A DNA stretch of 64,000 nt from Paramoeba atlantica (taxonomy: Eukaryota; Protista; Discosea), in NCBI GenBank assembly GCA_977017575.1, contig CDRNVI010000139.1, positions 248,001 to 312,000 of the forward strand, in the 5' to 3' direction. Under the pieces are notes generated by a model. The model ran no database searches. It saw only the letters and a program-made list of their open reading frames with translations, and was not told the origin of the DNA. Within the stretch, counting starts at the first letter, position 1, and every line of letters begins with the position of its first letter. The position numbers and the translations under genes were made by a program. Below, piece by piece: positions 1 through 11,680 of the stretch.

Positions 1-2024
1 AACAATATTCCCATCTCTATCAACTCCAACACTTCTTGGTTCATCTAATTGACCTTCAAAAGAACCTTTTGAACCAAAAGAACGAAGAAAAGATCCATCA
101 TTATCAAACACTTGAATTCGATGATTTCCAGAGTCAGCAACAATAATTCTACCTTCTTCATCCACATCCACACCAAATGGTTCATTAAACTGACCATCTT
201 CAGAACCAAATGATCCAAAAGAATTGATCAATTCTCCTTCTTTGTTTAATATTACAACTCTTCTTTCAGATTGAGACCAATCAAGAACAACAATTTGATC
301 ATCCAATCCAATTGAAACATCAACAGGATCCAATTGAAGTGAATCAATTGTTTTCTGAATTGTTGATTCAATCATCTCATTTCCTTCTTTATCTCTCACT
401 TTCAATCCACACTCATCTTCACAAATAAAAATATTCCCATCACTGTTCACACTCACTCCCAAAGAATGATTCTCCAAAGGAAAAGAAGAAACTAAACGAA
501 AAGAATCACCACCACCATCACAACAAATCACTCCTTTCTTTCCAAATCCAACAACACCTCCTTCGGAAACAATATCATTTGCAGTTTGAAGAAGAGTTGA
601 AAAAAGTTGATCATCAAAAAAGAGAGAAACATCACAATCAGTTGTTGTTGTTGTTGTTGTTGTTGTTGTTGGGGTGTTGGATAAATGAATAATTGAATCT
701 TTTCTGATTCTCAAATCTTCTTTCTCCAATTCTATTTCTTTCTTTTCAATTCTTTTCTTTTCTAATTTCTCTTCTAATTCTTTCATTTCTTCTTTAATCT
801 TTTTTCTTTTCTTTTCCACAATCTCCAATCTTTTCTCCAATTTATCTCCAATCTTTACAACTTCATTCCTTTTCTTCAAAATACTTTCTTCAATTGATTT
901 CACTTTCTCAATGTGTTGAACATGTGTTTCAAGAACACAATGAAGGCAAACAAAAGAAGAACATTGAAAACAATATCCACTGATTGTTTCAGATGGGTGT
1001 TTTGAACATTCTCTCTTCTTCAAATTCTCCAATCCCACTCCCATCACCACCCCCTCCTCCAATCTTCTTCTTCCACCTCCTTCATCACTCTGCTCACCAC
1101 AAGGAACATTTTGTTGTTGAGATCGTTTGTGATTTCGAGAGAAAATGGAAGAAGAGTGAGATGGATCACAAGAATCACAAATAAAGACTTTACAATCAGA
1201 ACAATACATTCGAGTTCGTTCTCCACACGCTCCAAAATTCGCACATCTTCTTTTAGCTTCTCCTGATTTGTTTGTGTGTTTAAAAAAGAAGAAACTAAGT
1301 CAGTGAATGTTGGGTTTAGGAGTGGGTGGGTCGAATTGGGTGGTCTTGGGGCTCAGTTCAAAAACAACAAGAGAAAAGAAAGAAAAAAAAAAAAAATCAA
1401 GAAGATGAAACCTGAAGTTGATTGTTGGGATAAAGAGATCAAATTTGAAGAAAAAAGAACATCAATTGTTTCTGGAATCAAATAATTCATCGAAAGTGTT
1501 TCAATGCTTTCACATTCGTTCATTTCTCTACAAACTGGACATTTCACTCCTTCCAAAGAAGAAATGGGAGAGGGGGAAGAGGAAGAAGAAGAAGAGGAAG
1601 GATTTTGAAGGAGAAAGAGTTTGTTGAGACAAAGAGAACAAAAAGAAAGACCACAACAAGGTAACAACCTTGGTTCTTTTTCCCAACTCATCAATTCCAA
1701 ACATATTCCACATTCAAATCTTTTCTTTTTCTCTTCTTCTTCCTTTCTTCTTCTTTTCATCATCTCTTCTTCTCTTTCTCTTTCCCTTTCTCCTTCTTCT
1801 TCTCGTTCTCTCTTTCCAAGAACATCCTCACTTCTTCTTTCTCTTTCTTCCTCTCCTTCTCCTTCTCTTTCATCATCAACATTGTCATCTTCAATTACAA
1901 CAACAACATCAACATCATCTTCTTTCTCTTTCTTTCCTCTTTTGGTTTTTCTCTTTTTCTCACTTTCTAATTCTCTTCCTTGTTCTTCTCCTCCTCTTTT
2001 TCTCTTTCCTCTTTTTTCACTCAT
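1..2024 (-). CDS. TRIM-NHL paralog A (RING-B-box1-B-box2-CC-NHL), 3' end runs off window
   Basis: Exon 1 2024-1412 (MSEKRGKRKR...CGIC...CCGLSFCSLC...CPVC); GT-AG phase-1 intron 1411-1263; exon 2 from 1262 with B-boxes, coiled coil and NHL blades continuing past base 1. Confidence 0.85.
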
Positions 2025-2571
2025 TTTGTTTCTCTTCTCTGTGTGTGGGGGAAAGAGATTAATCAAAACAAAAAAAGGAACAAAAGTGGGAACAAAAAAC
2101 ACATACAAAAAAGAAAAAAAAAGAAAATAAAGGAAAATGAAAGTATAAAAATGAAAAAAAACCTGATTCCAATCTTTTCAGATTCTCCCAAAAAATCTCC
2201 CATCAGAGAGAGAAGAGAGAAGAGAGAAGAGGTTCTGATAACTATATACTTTTTTCAAAAAAAATTGAGACAAAAAGAAAGAGAAGAAAAAATGGAAAAA
2301 CAAATAGAAAAAAAGAAAATACAAACATCCCCCAAAAAATTCAGAAAAGAAGAGAGGGAGAGAGGAAACGTCCAAAAACAAATTGTCAAAGAGAAACAAA
2401 AACAAAACAAAAACAAGGGATAATTTTTCTCCAAAGTGGTTCAAAAACCCAAAAAGAGATAAAAGAGACAAGACGCTCAAGAGTGAACAAACAAAAGGAA
2501 ATAAGAGAAAGAAAGAAAGAACAAGAGAGACAAGAAAAACAGAAAAACAGAAAAAAAGAGAAAAAAAGGGA

Positions 2572-2660
2572 GGGTACGAAAAGAGGATTCAAAACTTTTT
2601 AAACCTCTGAAAAAAATATCACAAAAACACACCAAAAACTTTTTCTTTTTTTCGTTGTTC
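2572..2660 (+). promoter_or_regulatory. Conserved divergent-spacer block, A/B
   Basis: GGGTACGAAAAGAGGATTCAAAACTTTTTAAACCTCTGAAAAAAATATCAC...; found once in each of 7 head-to-head spacers; regulatory role inferred. Confidence 0.5.
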
Positions 2661-3221
2661 CCTCTCTTCTCTCTTCTCCCTCTTCTCTCTTCTCTTCTCT
2701 TGTTTTTGTGTACTTCTCCTTGGGTTGTTGTTGTCCATTTTTGCTCTCCTTTTGTTCAGACTCTTTCTTCTTCTTTGGCTTTGAGAGTTTTTGTTTTTAG
2801 GCGCGAGACTCTTTTCTCTTCTCTTTCTTTCTTTGGAAACGAAAAATCCTTCCCTGGCTTTTTGAGAGATGTTTGTATTTTCATTTCCATTTCTCTCTTT
2901 CTTTGTGTGATTTTTTGATTGTTTTTTTCCCCCTCCCTCACATTTCTTTTCTTTTTCTTTCAGAGAGATATCCTTCTCCCTCTCTCTCTTGTTTTTTGTG
3001 TTTTTGAACAATCACATTTTGACCCTCTCACACTCTCTTCGCACTCTATCTCTTTTGAGTTCATTCTTTTGGGAAGGTGTTTTTGTTTGTTCTTTGTCTT
3101 TGATCTTTTTTGTTTTCTTAAATTTGGTGCAGAGAATGTTTGTTTTTTTCTTTTCTTTTCTTTTCTTTTCTTTTCTTTCTTTTTTTGTTGATTGATTTCT
3201 TTTCCCACAGAGAGAGACAAA

Positions 3222-4785
3222 ATGAGTGAAAAAAGAGGAAAAAGAAAGAGAGGAGGAGAAGAAACAGAATTAGAGAGTGAGAAAAAGAGAAAAACCAAAA
3301 GAGGAAAGAAAGAGAAAGAAGATCAAAGAACAGATTGTGGTGATGATGATGTTGTTGTTGTGATTGAAGATAACGATGATGAAAAAGACCAAAGAGGGGG
3401 AAAAAGTGAAGATGTTCTTGGAAAGAGAGAACAACAAGTGGGACAAAATGAAGGAGAATTTGAAGAAGAGAGAATGTTCAAAACACCCATCTGAAACAAT
3501 CTGTGGATATTGTTTTCAATGTTCTTCTTTTGTTTGTATTCGTTGTGTTCTCGGAACACATGATGATCACAGAAAGAAAGTGAAATCGATTGAAGAAAGT
3601 ATTTTAGAGAAAAGGAATGAAGTTGTGAGGATTGGAGATAAATTGGAGAAAAGATTGATTGAGATTGAAGCAGAAAGAAAAAGGATTGAAAAAGAAATGA
3701 AAGAATTAGAAGAGAAATTAGAAAAGAAAAGAATTGAAAAGAAAGAAATAGAATTAGAGAAAGAAGATTTGAGAATAAGAAAAGATTCAATTATTCGTTT
3801 ATCCAACACACCAACAACAACAACTGATTGTGATGTTTCTCTCTTTTTTGATGATCAACTTTTTTCAACTCTTCTTCAAACTGCAAATGATATTGTTTTT
3901 GAAGGAGGTGTTGTTGGATTATTCTCAAAACCAAAGAAAGGAGTGATTTGTTGTGATGGTGGCGGTGATTCGATTCGTTTTGTTTCTTCTTTTCCTTTGA
4001 AGAATCAACCTTTTGGAATGAGTGTGAACAGTGATGGGAATATTTTTATTTGTGGAGAGGAGGGTGGATTGAAAGTGAGAGATAAAGAAGGAAATGAGAT
4101 GATTGAATCAACAATTCAGAAAACAATTGATTCACTTCAGTTGGAGCCTGTTGATGTTTCAATTGGATTGGATGATCAAATTGTTATTCTTGATTGGTCT
4201 CAAGCTTGTTGTCGAGTTGTAATATTAAACAAAGAAGGAGAATTGATCAAATCTTTTGGATCAGTTGGTTTTGAAGAGGGTCAGTTTAATGAACCATTTG
4301 GTGTGGATGTGGATGAAGAAGGTAGAATTATTGTTGTTGATACTTTGAATCATCGAATTGAAGTGTTTGATAATGATGGATCTTTTCTTCATTCTTTTGG
4401 TTCAAAAGGTTCTTTTGAAGGTCAATTTTATGAACCAAGAAGTGTTGTAGTTGATAGAGATGGGAATATTGTTATTTCTGATTTTGGGCGAATTCAAGTG
4501 ATGGATATTGAAGGGAATTTTATTCGATGTTTTGGAACATTTGGTTCAGGTGATTCTCAATTGAACTATCCAGAAGGTGTTGATGTGGATGGGGAAGGTA
4601 GAATTGTTGTTTGTGAAGAAGGAAATGGGAGGGTGTGTGTGTTTGAGAAAGATGGAACATTTCTTTTTTCATTTGGTGCCAAACCTCACATGGGGGATCC
4701 TCGTGGGGTTGTTGTTGATTTATTTGGAACAATTATTGTTTCAGATTATGAGAAAAAGTCAGTTGAATTGTGGAAATCATTTTGA
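3222..4785 (+). pseudogene. TRIM-NHL paralog B, RING/intron/B-box1 deleted; B-box2-CC-NHL ORF remains in another frame
   Basis: ATG 3222 frame stops at 3494; the junction at ~3452 joins exon 1 to ENLKKRECSKHP through shared GGAGAA; ORF 3364-4785 holds B-box2, coiled coil and 6 NHL blades. Confidence 0.8.
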
Positions 4786-4789
4786 AAAG

Positions 4790-5950
4790 AGATGGAGGTT
4801 TTTTCTTTTCTTTTTTTCTTTTTTTTTTCTTTGCTTTTGATTTGTTTTATTTTATTATTTGTATCTTTTTTTTCTTTCTTTTTTCTTTTTGTTTCCTTTT
4901 TTGTTTGAAGAAAATTAAAAACAAGAAATTAATATTTTTTTCTCTTCTCTTCTCTTTTTCCCTTCCTCCCCTTCCTCCCTTCCTCCCCTTTTCTCCTTTT
5001 TAGTCTCTCGTGGTGCAGTGGTCTTCTTCTTCCCTAATCATCATTTTTGATTCGATTTTTTACCTTCAAAAACTTTTCTTGCTTTTCCTTCTCCTCTCTT
5101 TTTGTGTTATGTTTGTGTTGTGAAATTCTCTTTTCTCTTCTCTTTTTCAAAATTTTGTTGTTGTTAAAAAGAAATGATTCTTTTTTGATCTTTTGTGTCT
5201 TCCCCTTTGTTTTGTTTTTTGTTTTGTCGTTCTTTTGTTGTTGGAGGAATTCATATTTTGGTTAATTGAATGAGAGAAACACAATTTTTAGTAAATAAAA
5301 AAATTGAAATAGTATTCCACAAAAGGATCAAGAATTGAGAAAATTCCCCCCCCCTCCCCACAGCAAGGATTGAGAATAATATCACCCCACATCAAAAACA
5401 AAAAGAAACAACAAAATTGAGAGATAAAGAAAGAAAGAAAAGAAATCAAGAAGAAGAAAGAAAGAGATAAGAAACACACACAAAAGAAGTGAAGCGAGAA
5501 GGAGAAAGAAGGTCATTATTGGTCTGGAGAAAATCGAATAAGGTTTGAAGAAAATCAAAGCGAAAAATTGGGAAGAACACAACATCGTGCACCAGAGACT
5601 AAAAGGAAGGAAAAGGGAGGGAAGAAAAGAGAAAAGGGGGAGGAGAGGGGAGAAAGAGAAGGTGTTGAGAAAACTCACATATTCAAAATTAATTTCTTTT
5701 TCTTTTTTCACAAGAAAAAGAAAAAAACAAGTTTCACAAAAAAAAAGGAAAAAAACTCAATCAACCCATCACCAACCAAGAAAAATACACAAAAATACAC
5801 AAAATGAACAATTTTAAAGAACAAAAATAATTTTTGAAAGAACAAAAGACAAAAAATCATTTTTGTTGATCTCCCCCAAAAGAAAAAAAAAACACAAATA
5901 AAAACAAAGAACAAAAAACACAAATTTGACAAAATGAGAGAAACCAAAAT
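4790..5950. repeat. Tail-to-tail spacer family 1 (also ~14445-15770, ~34775-36000, ~59450-61130)
   Basis: Shared GAAGAGTCATTATTGGTCTG, CCACAAAAGGATCAAG and GTGCACCAG(A)AGACTAAAA segments in the same order. Confidence 0.8.
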
Positions 5951-6058
5951 CATTTTTCATTTTTCACAAATCGAGAAAACACGCCAAAAAACAACCAGAC
6001 GAAAAATAAAAGGGACAAAATGAAAAATGAAAAGAAAAAACATACCTTCCTCCTCTCT

Positions 6059-8284
6059 TCAAAATGATTTCCATAAATCAATTGCCATTTCATAATCTGA
6101 AATAATAATTGTTCCAAATGAATCAATAACAACCCCATTAGGAGTCTCCATGTGATCTTGACCAAACGAAAAAAGAAAGGTTCCATCTTTCTCAAACACA
6201 CTCACTCTCCCATTTTCTGTATCACAAACAACAATTCTACCTTCCCCATCAACACCAACACCTTCTGGATACTTGAGTTGAGAAACACCTGAACCTTTTG
6301 TTGCAAAACATCGAATAAAATTCCCTTCAATATCTATCACTTGAATTCGATGATTCCCAGTATCAGAAATAACAATATTCCCATCTCTATCAACTGCAAC
6401 ACTTCTTGGTTGATTAAATTGCTTAAATTGACCTTTAAAAAATCCTATTGAACCAAAAGAACGAAGAAAAGATCCATCATTATCAAACACTTGAATTCGA
6501 TCATTCAAAGTATCACAAACAATAATTCGACCTTCTTCATCCACATCCACACCATGTGGTTCATTAAACTGACCATCTTCAAAACCAACTGATCCAAAAG
6601 ATTTGATCAATTCTCCTTCTTTGTTTAAGATTACAACTCTATGAGAATGTTGAGACCAATCAAGAACAACAATTTGATCATTCAATCCAATTGAAACATC
6701 AACAGGTTGCAATTGAAGTGAATCAATTGTTTTCTGAATTGTTGATTTAATCATCTCATTTCCTTCTTTATCTTTCACTCTCAATCCACCATCCTCTTCA
6801 CAAATAAAAATATTCCCATCACCGTTCACACTCACTCCCAAAGGATATTTCTTCAAAGAAAAAGAAGAATCACGTGAAACTCCACCACCATCACAACAAA
6901 TCACTCCTTTCTTTGGTTTTGAGAATAATCCATCAACAACTCCTTCAGAAACAATATCATTTGCAGTTTGAAGAAGAGTTGAAAAAAGTTGATCATCAAA
7001 AAAGAGAGAAACATCACAATCAGTTGTTGTTGTTGTTGTTGTTGTTGTTGGGGTGTTGGATAAACGAATAATTGAATCTTTTCTTATTCTCAAATCTTCT
7101 TTCTCTAATTCTATTTCTTTCTTTTCAATTCTTTTCTTTTCTAATTTCTCTTCTAATTCTTTCATTTCTTCTTCAATCCTTTTTCTTTTCCCTTCAATCA
7201 AAATCAATCTTTTCTCCAATCTATCTCCAATCCTCACAACTTCATTTCTCTTCTCCAAAATACTTTCTTCAATCGATTTCACTTTCTTTCTGTGACCATC
7301 ATGTGTTTCAAGAACACAACGAATACAAACAAAAGAAGAACATTGAAAACAATATCCACTGATTGTTTCAGATGGGTGTTTTGAACATTCTCTCTTCTTC
7401 AAATTCTCCAATCCCGCCACCCCCTCCTCTTCCAATCTTCTTCTTCCACCTCCCTCAACACCATCTCTTTCAGATCGTTTGTGATTTCGAGTGAAAAGAG
7501 TTGAAGTGTGAGAAGAATCACAAGAATCACAAATAAACATCTCACATTGGAAACAAAACATTCGAGTTTGTTCTCCACATGTTTCAAAATTCGCACATTC
7601 TGATCCACCATCTCCTATTTTGGTTTCTTTTTCATCAATTCAAGAGAAAAGGGAAGGTTGAAAAAGAAAAGAGACAATAAATTAAGAAAACGAAAAAAAA
7701 CTTGATTGTTGGGATAAAGAAATCAAATTTGAAGAAAGAAGAACATCAATCGTTTCTGGAATCAAATAATTCATTGTAAGTGTCTCAATGCTTTCACATT
7801 CGTTCATTTCTCTACAAACTGGACATTTCACTCCTTTCAAAAAAGAAGAGGAAGAGGAAGAAGAAGAGGGAGAAGAAGAAGAAGAAGAAGAAGAAGGCTT
7901 TTGAAGAAGAAAGAGTTTGTTGAGGCAAAGAGAACAAAAAGAAAGACCACAACAAGGTAACAACCTTGGTTCTTTTTCCCAATTCATCAACTCCAAACAG
8001 GTTCCACATTCAAATCTTTTCTTTTTCTCTTCTTCTTTCTTTCTCCTTCTGTTCATCACCTCTTCTTCTTCTTCTCTTTCTCTTCCTTGTTGTTCTCTCT
8101 TTCCAAGAACATCCTTACTTCTTCTTTCTCTCTGTTTTATTTCATCATCTTCTTCAATCACAACAACATCAGCATCGTCACAATCTGTTGTTTGTTCTTC
8201 TTTCTCTTTCTTTCCTCTTTCTATTTTTCTCTTTTTCTCAGTTTCCAATTCTCCTCTCTTTCTCTTTCCACTATTTTCACTCAT
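6059..8284 (-). CDS. TRIM-NHL paralog C, apparently intact (~712 aa)
   Basis: Exon 1 8284-7702, intron 7701-7615 (GT..AG, phase 1), exon 2 7614-6059; frames join without stops. Confidence 0.88.
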
Positions 8285-8809
8285 TTTTGTCTCTCTGTGT
8301 GAGAAAAGAGAGAATCAACAACAGAAAAAGGAAAGAAGAAAAAGACAAAAGAACAAACAAAATACCTCCAAAACCAAGAGAGAGTAAGAAGGGGATCTGA
8401 TGTCAGAAAAAACAAAAAACAAGAGAGAGGGGAAGATATCTGTGAAAGAAAAAGAAGAAATGTGAGGAAGGGGAAATTGCGCAACAAAATTGTACAAGAA
8501 AAAAAATATGGAAGAAAATGAAAATGAAAATGAAAATTGTTTGAGAATTTTTGTTTAAAACCAAACCAAACTATCCGAGAAAACCAAAACGAATTTTCTC
8601 TGAGAAGGGAAAGATGCCAAAGAGCCACAAATATTAAGTGCCGAAGAGAGAAGAGTGAGAGAGAGAGAGAGGAGCCCAAAACAATATCTCTGTAAAAGAG
8701 AAACAAAAGAACGAAAACAATCAAACGAAGACACAACTGAAGAGGTCCAAACGAAAACGCTTGAGGAAAGAGAAACAGAAAAACAGAAAAAAAGAGAAAA
8801 AAAAAGGGA

Positions 8810-8898
8810 GGGTACGAAAAGAGGATTCAAAACTTTTTAAACCTCTGAAAAAAATATCACCAAAAACACACCAAAAACTTTTTCTTTTTCGTTTTTCC
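8810..8898 (+). promoter_or_regulatory. Conserved divergent-spacer block, C/D
   Basis: Near-identical to 2572-2660. Confidence 0.5.
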
Positions 8899-11680
8899 CC
8901 TCCTCTCTTCTCTCTTCTCTCTCTTCTCTCTCTTCTCTCTCTTCTCTTTCTTTTCTCTCTTCTCTCTTCTCTTCTCTCTTTCTTGTCGTTGTTGTTGTTG
9001 GTGGTTTCATTTTGGAACAGCTTTTTTTGAGAGTTTTTTTTTAGATTTTGGAATCCTCTTTGGCTTCGTTTTGTTTCATTTAGAGACAATTTGTTTTTGG
9101 AACTCTCTCTCTCTTTCATTGAGACCCTTCTTTTCGTTTTCGTTTGGGTCTCTTTGACAAATTGTTTTTGGACTTCTTCTCTCATTTTTTCGCTCTTTTT
9201 TTCTTCTTTGGTGTTTCTTTCATATTTTGGAGCTTCTTTGAGGGTTTTATTTTGTTTGGATTTTTCACTTTCTTCTTCTTTGCCAAAGAATCCTTTCGTG
9301 ACTTTTTGAGAGATGTTTGTTTTTTTTTTATTTTCTTTTTTCTCTTCTTTTTATTCCATTTTTGAAAAAAAAAATTGTCAGAAACCTCTCGATCTCTCTC
9401 TCTCTCTCTCTCTTTGGAGGACATTCTTTAAGAATTGGTTTCTCTCCGTTGTTCCTCTTTTTATTTGTCTTTTGTTTTGGCAAGAGCAGTCTCTTTGTGG
9501 GGTGATTCTTCTTTGTCATTTTCATTTTCAATCTCTCCATTTTCTTTAAAATTGTTCCCTTTTCACATTTTCTTTCCATTTTGTTTGTTGATTAATCTTT
9601 TTTCCCACACAGAGAGACAAAATGAGTGAAAAAAGAGGAAAGAGAAAGAGAGGAGGAGAACAAGGAACAGAATTAGAAAGTGAGAAAAAGAGAAAAACCA
9701 AAAGAGGAAAGAAAGAGAAAGAAGATCAAAGAACAGATTGTGGTGATGATGATGTTGTTGTGATTGAAGACGCTAGTGATGATGAAAAAGAACAAAGAGA
9801 AAGAAGAAGTGAAGATGTTCTTGGAAAGAAAGAACAACAAGTGGGACAAAATGAGGAGAAAGAGAAAGAGCAGAAGAAGTAGTGATGAAAAGGAGAAGAA
9901 AGGAAGAAGAAGAGAAAAAGAAAAGATTTGAATGTGGAATATGTTTGGAATTGATGAATTGGGAAAAAGAACCAAGGTTGTTACCTTGTTGTGGTCTTTC
10001 TTTTTGTTCTCTTTGTCTCAACAAACTCTTTCTTCTTCAAGATCCTTCTTATTCTTCTTCCTCTTCTTTCTCATCTCCCTCTCCCTCTTCTTCTTCCTCT
10101 TCTTCCGATTCTTTGAAAGGAGTGAAATGTCCAGTTTGTAGAGAAATGAACGAATGTGAAAGTGTTGAGACACTTTCGATGAATTATTTGATTCCAGAAA
10201 CGATTGATGTTCTTCTTTCTTCAAAGTTAATCTCTTTCTTCAATCAATCAGGTTTTCTCTCCACTTTTTGAGCTCTCACTTTCTTTCCTCTTCCTCTCTT
10301 TTTTTCTTTTTTTTTGAGAGAAAATGATTTCAAAGTTGAAAAACTTTTATTTTTTAATAAACAAAACAACAGGAGATGAATCAGAATGTGTGAATTTCGA
10401 AACATGTGGAGAACAAACTCGAATGTTTTGTTCTGATTGTAAAGTATTCATTTGTGATTCTTGTGATCCATCTCACACTTCTTCTGTTTTCACTCGAAAT
10501 CACAAACGATGTGAAAGAGATGGTGTTGAGAGAGGTGGAAGAAGAAGATTGGAAGAGGAGGGAGGGGTGGTGGTGGGAGTGGGATTGGAGAATTTGGAGA
10601 AGAGAGAATGTTCAAAACACCCATCTGAAACAATCAGTGGATATTGTTTTCAATGTTCTTCTTTTGATTGTCTTCGTTGTGTTCTTGGAACACATGATGA
10701 TCACAGAAAGAAAGTGAAATCAATTGAAGAAAGTACTTTGGAGAAGAGGAATGAAGTTGTAAAGATTGGAGATAAATTGGAGAAAAGATTGGTTTTGATT
10801 GAGAGGAAAAGAAAAAGGATTGAAAAAGAAATGAAAGAATTAGAAAAGAAATTAGAAAAGAAAAGAATTGAAAAGAAAGAAATAGAATTAGAGAAAGAAG
10901 ATTTGAGAATAAGAAAAGATTCAATTATTCGTTTATCCAACACACCAACAACAACAACAACAACAACAACTGATTGTGATGTTTCTCTCTTTTTTGATGA
11001 TCAACTTTTTTCGACTCTTCTTCAAACTGCAAATGATATTGTTTCTGAAGGAGGTGTTGTTGGATTACTGAAACCAAAGAAAGGAGTGATTTGTTGTGAT
11101 GGTGGTGGTGATTCTTTTCGTTTTGTTTCTTCTTTTCCTTTGAAGAATGGACCTTTTGGAGTGAGTGTGAACAGTGATGGGAATATTTTTATTTGTGAAG
11201 ATGGGGTTGGTGGATTGAAAGTGAGAGATAAAGAAGGAAATGAGATGATTGAATCAACAATTCAGAAAACAATTGATTCACTTCATTTGAAACCTGTTGA
11301 TGTTTCAATTGGATTGGATGATCAAATTGTTGTTCTTGATTATTCTCAAGATTGTTGTCGAGTTGTGATATTAAACAAAGAAGGAGAATTAATCAAATCT
11401 TTTGGATCAAGAGGTTCTGAAGATGGTCAGTTTAATGAACCATATGGTGTGGATGTGGATGAAGAAGGTAGAATTATTGTTTGTGATACTTTGAATAATC
11501 GAATTGAAGTGTTTGATAATGATGGATCTTTTCTTCATTCTTTTGGTTCAAAAGGTTCTTCTGAAGGTCAATTTAATCGACCTTCTAGTGTTGGAGTTGA
11601 TAGAGATGGGAATATTGTTATTTCTGATTCTTGGAATCATCGGATTCAAGTGATGGATATTGAAGGGAATTTTATTCGAT

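Noticed and set aside
2100-3200. Many K/R/E-rich or F/L/S-rich ORFs in spacers (here and throughout)
   Set aside because: They are by-products of purine/pyrimidine low-complexity DNA, with no conserved motifs and frames not preserved between homologous spacers
3567-3809. Recurrent antisense ORF MLDKRIIESFLILK... (and MLRQREQKERPQQG...) in nearly every paralog
   Set aside because: These are shadows of the conserved coiled-coil and RING codons on the opposite strand, with no independent evidence of coding
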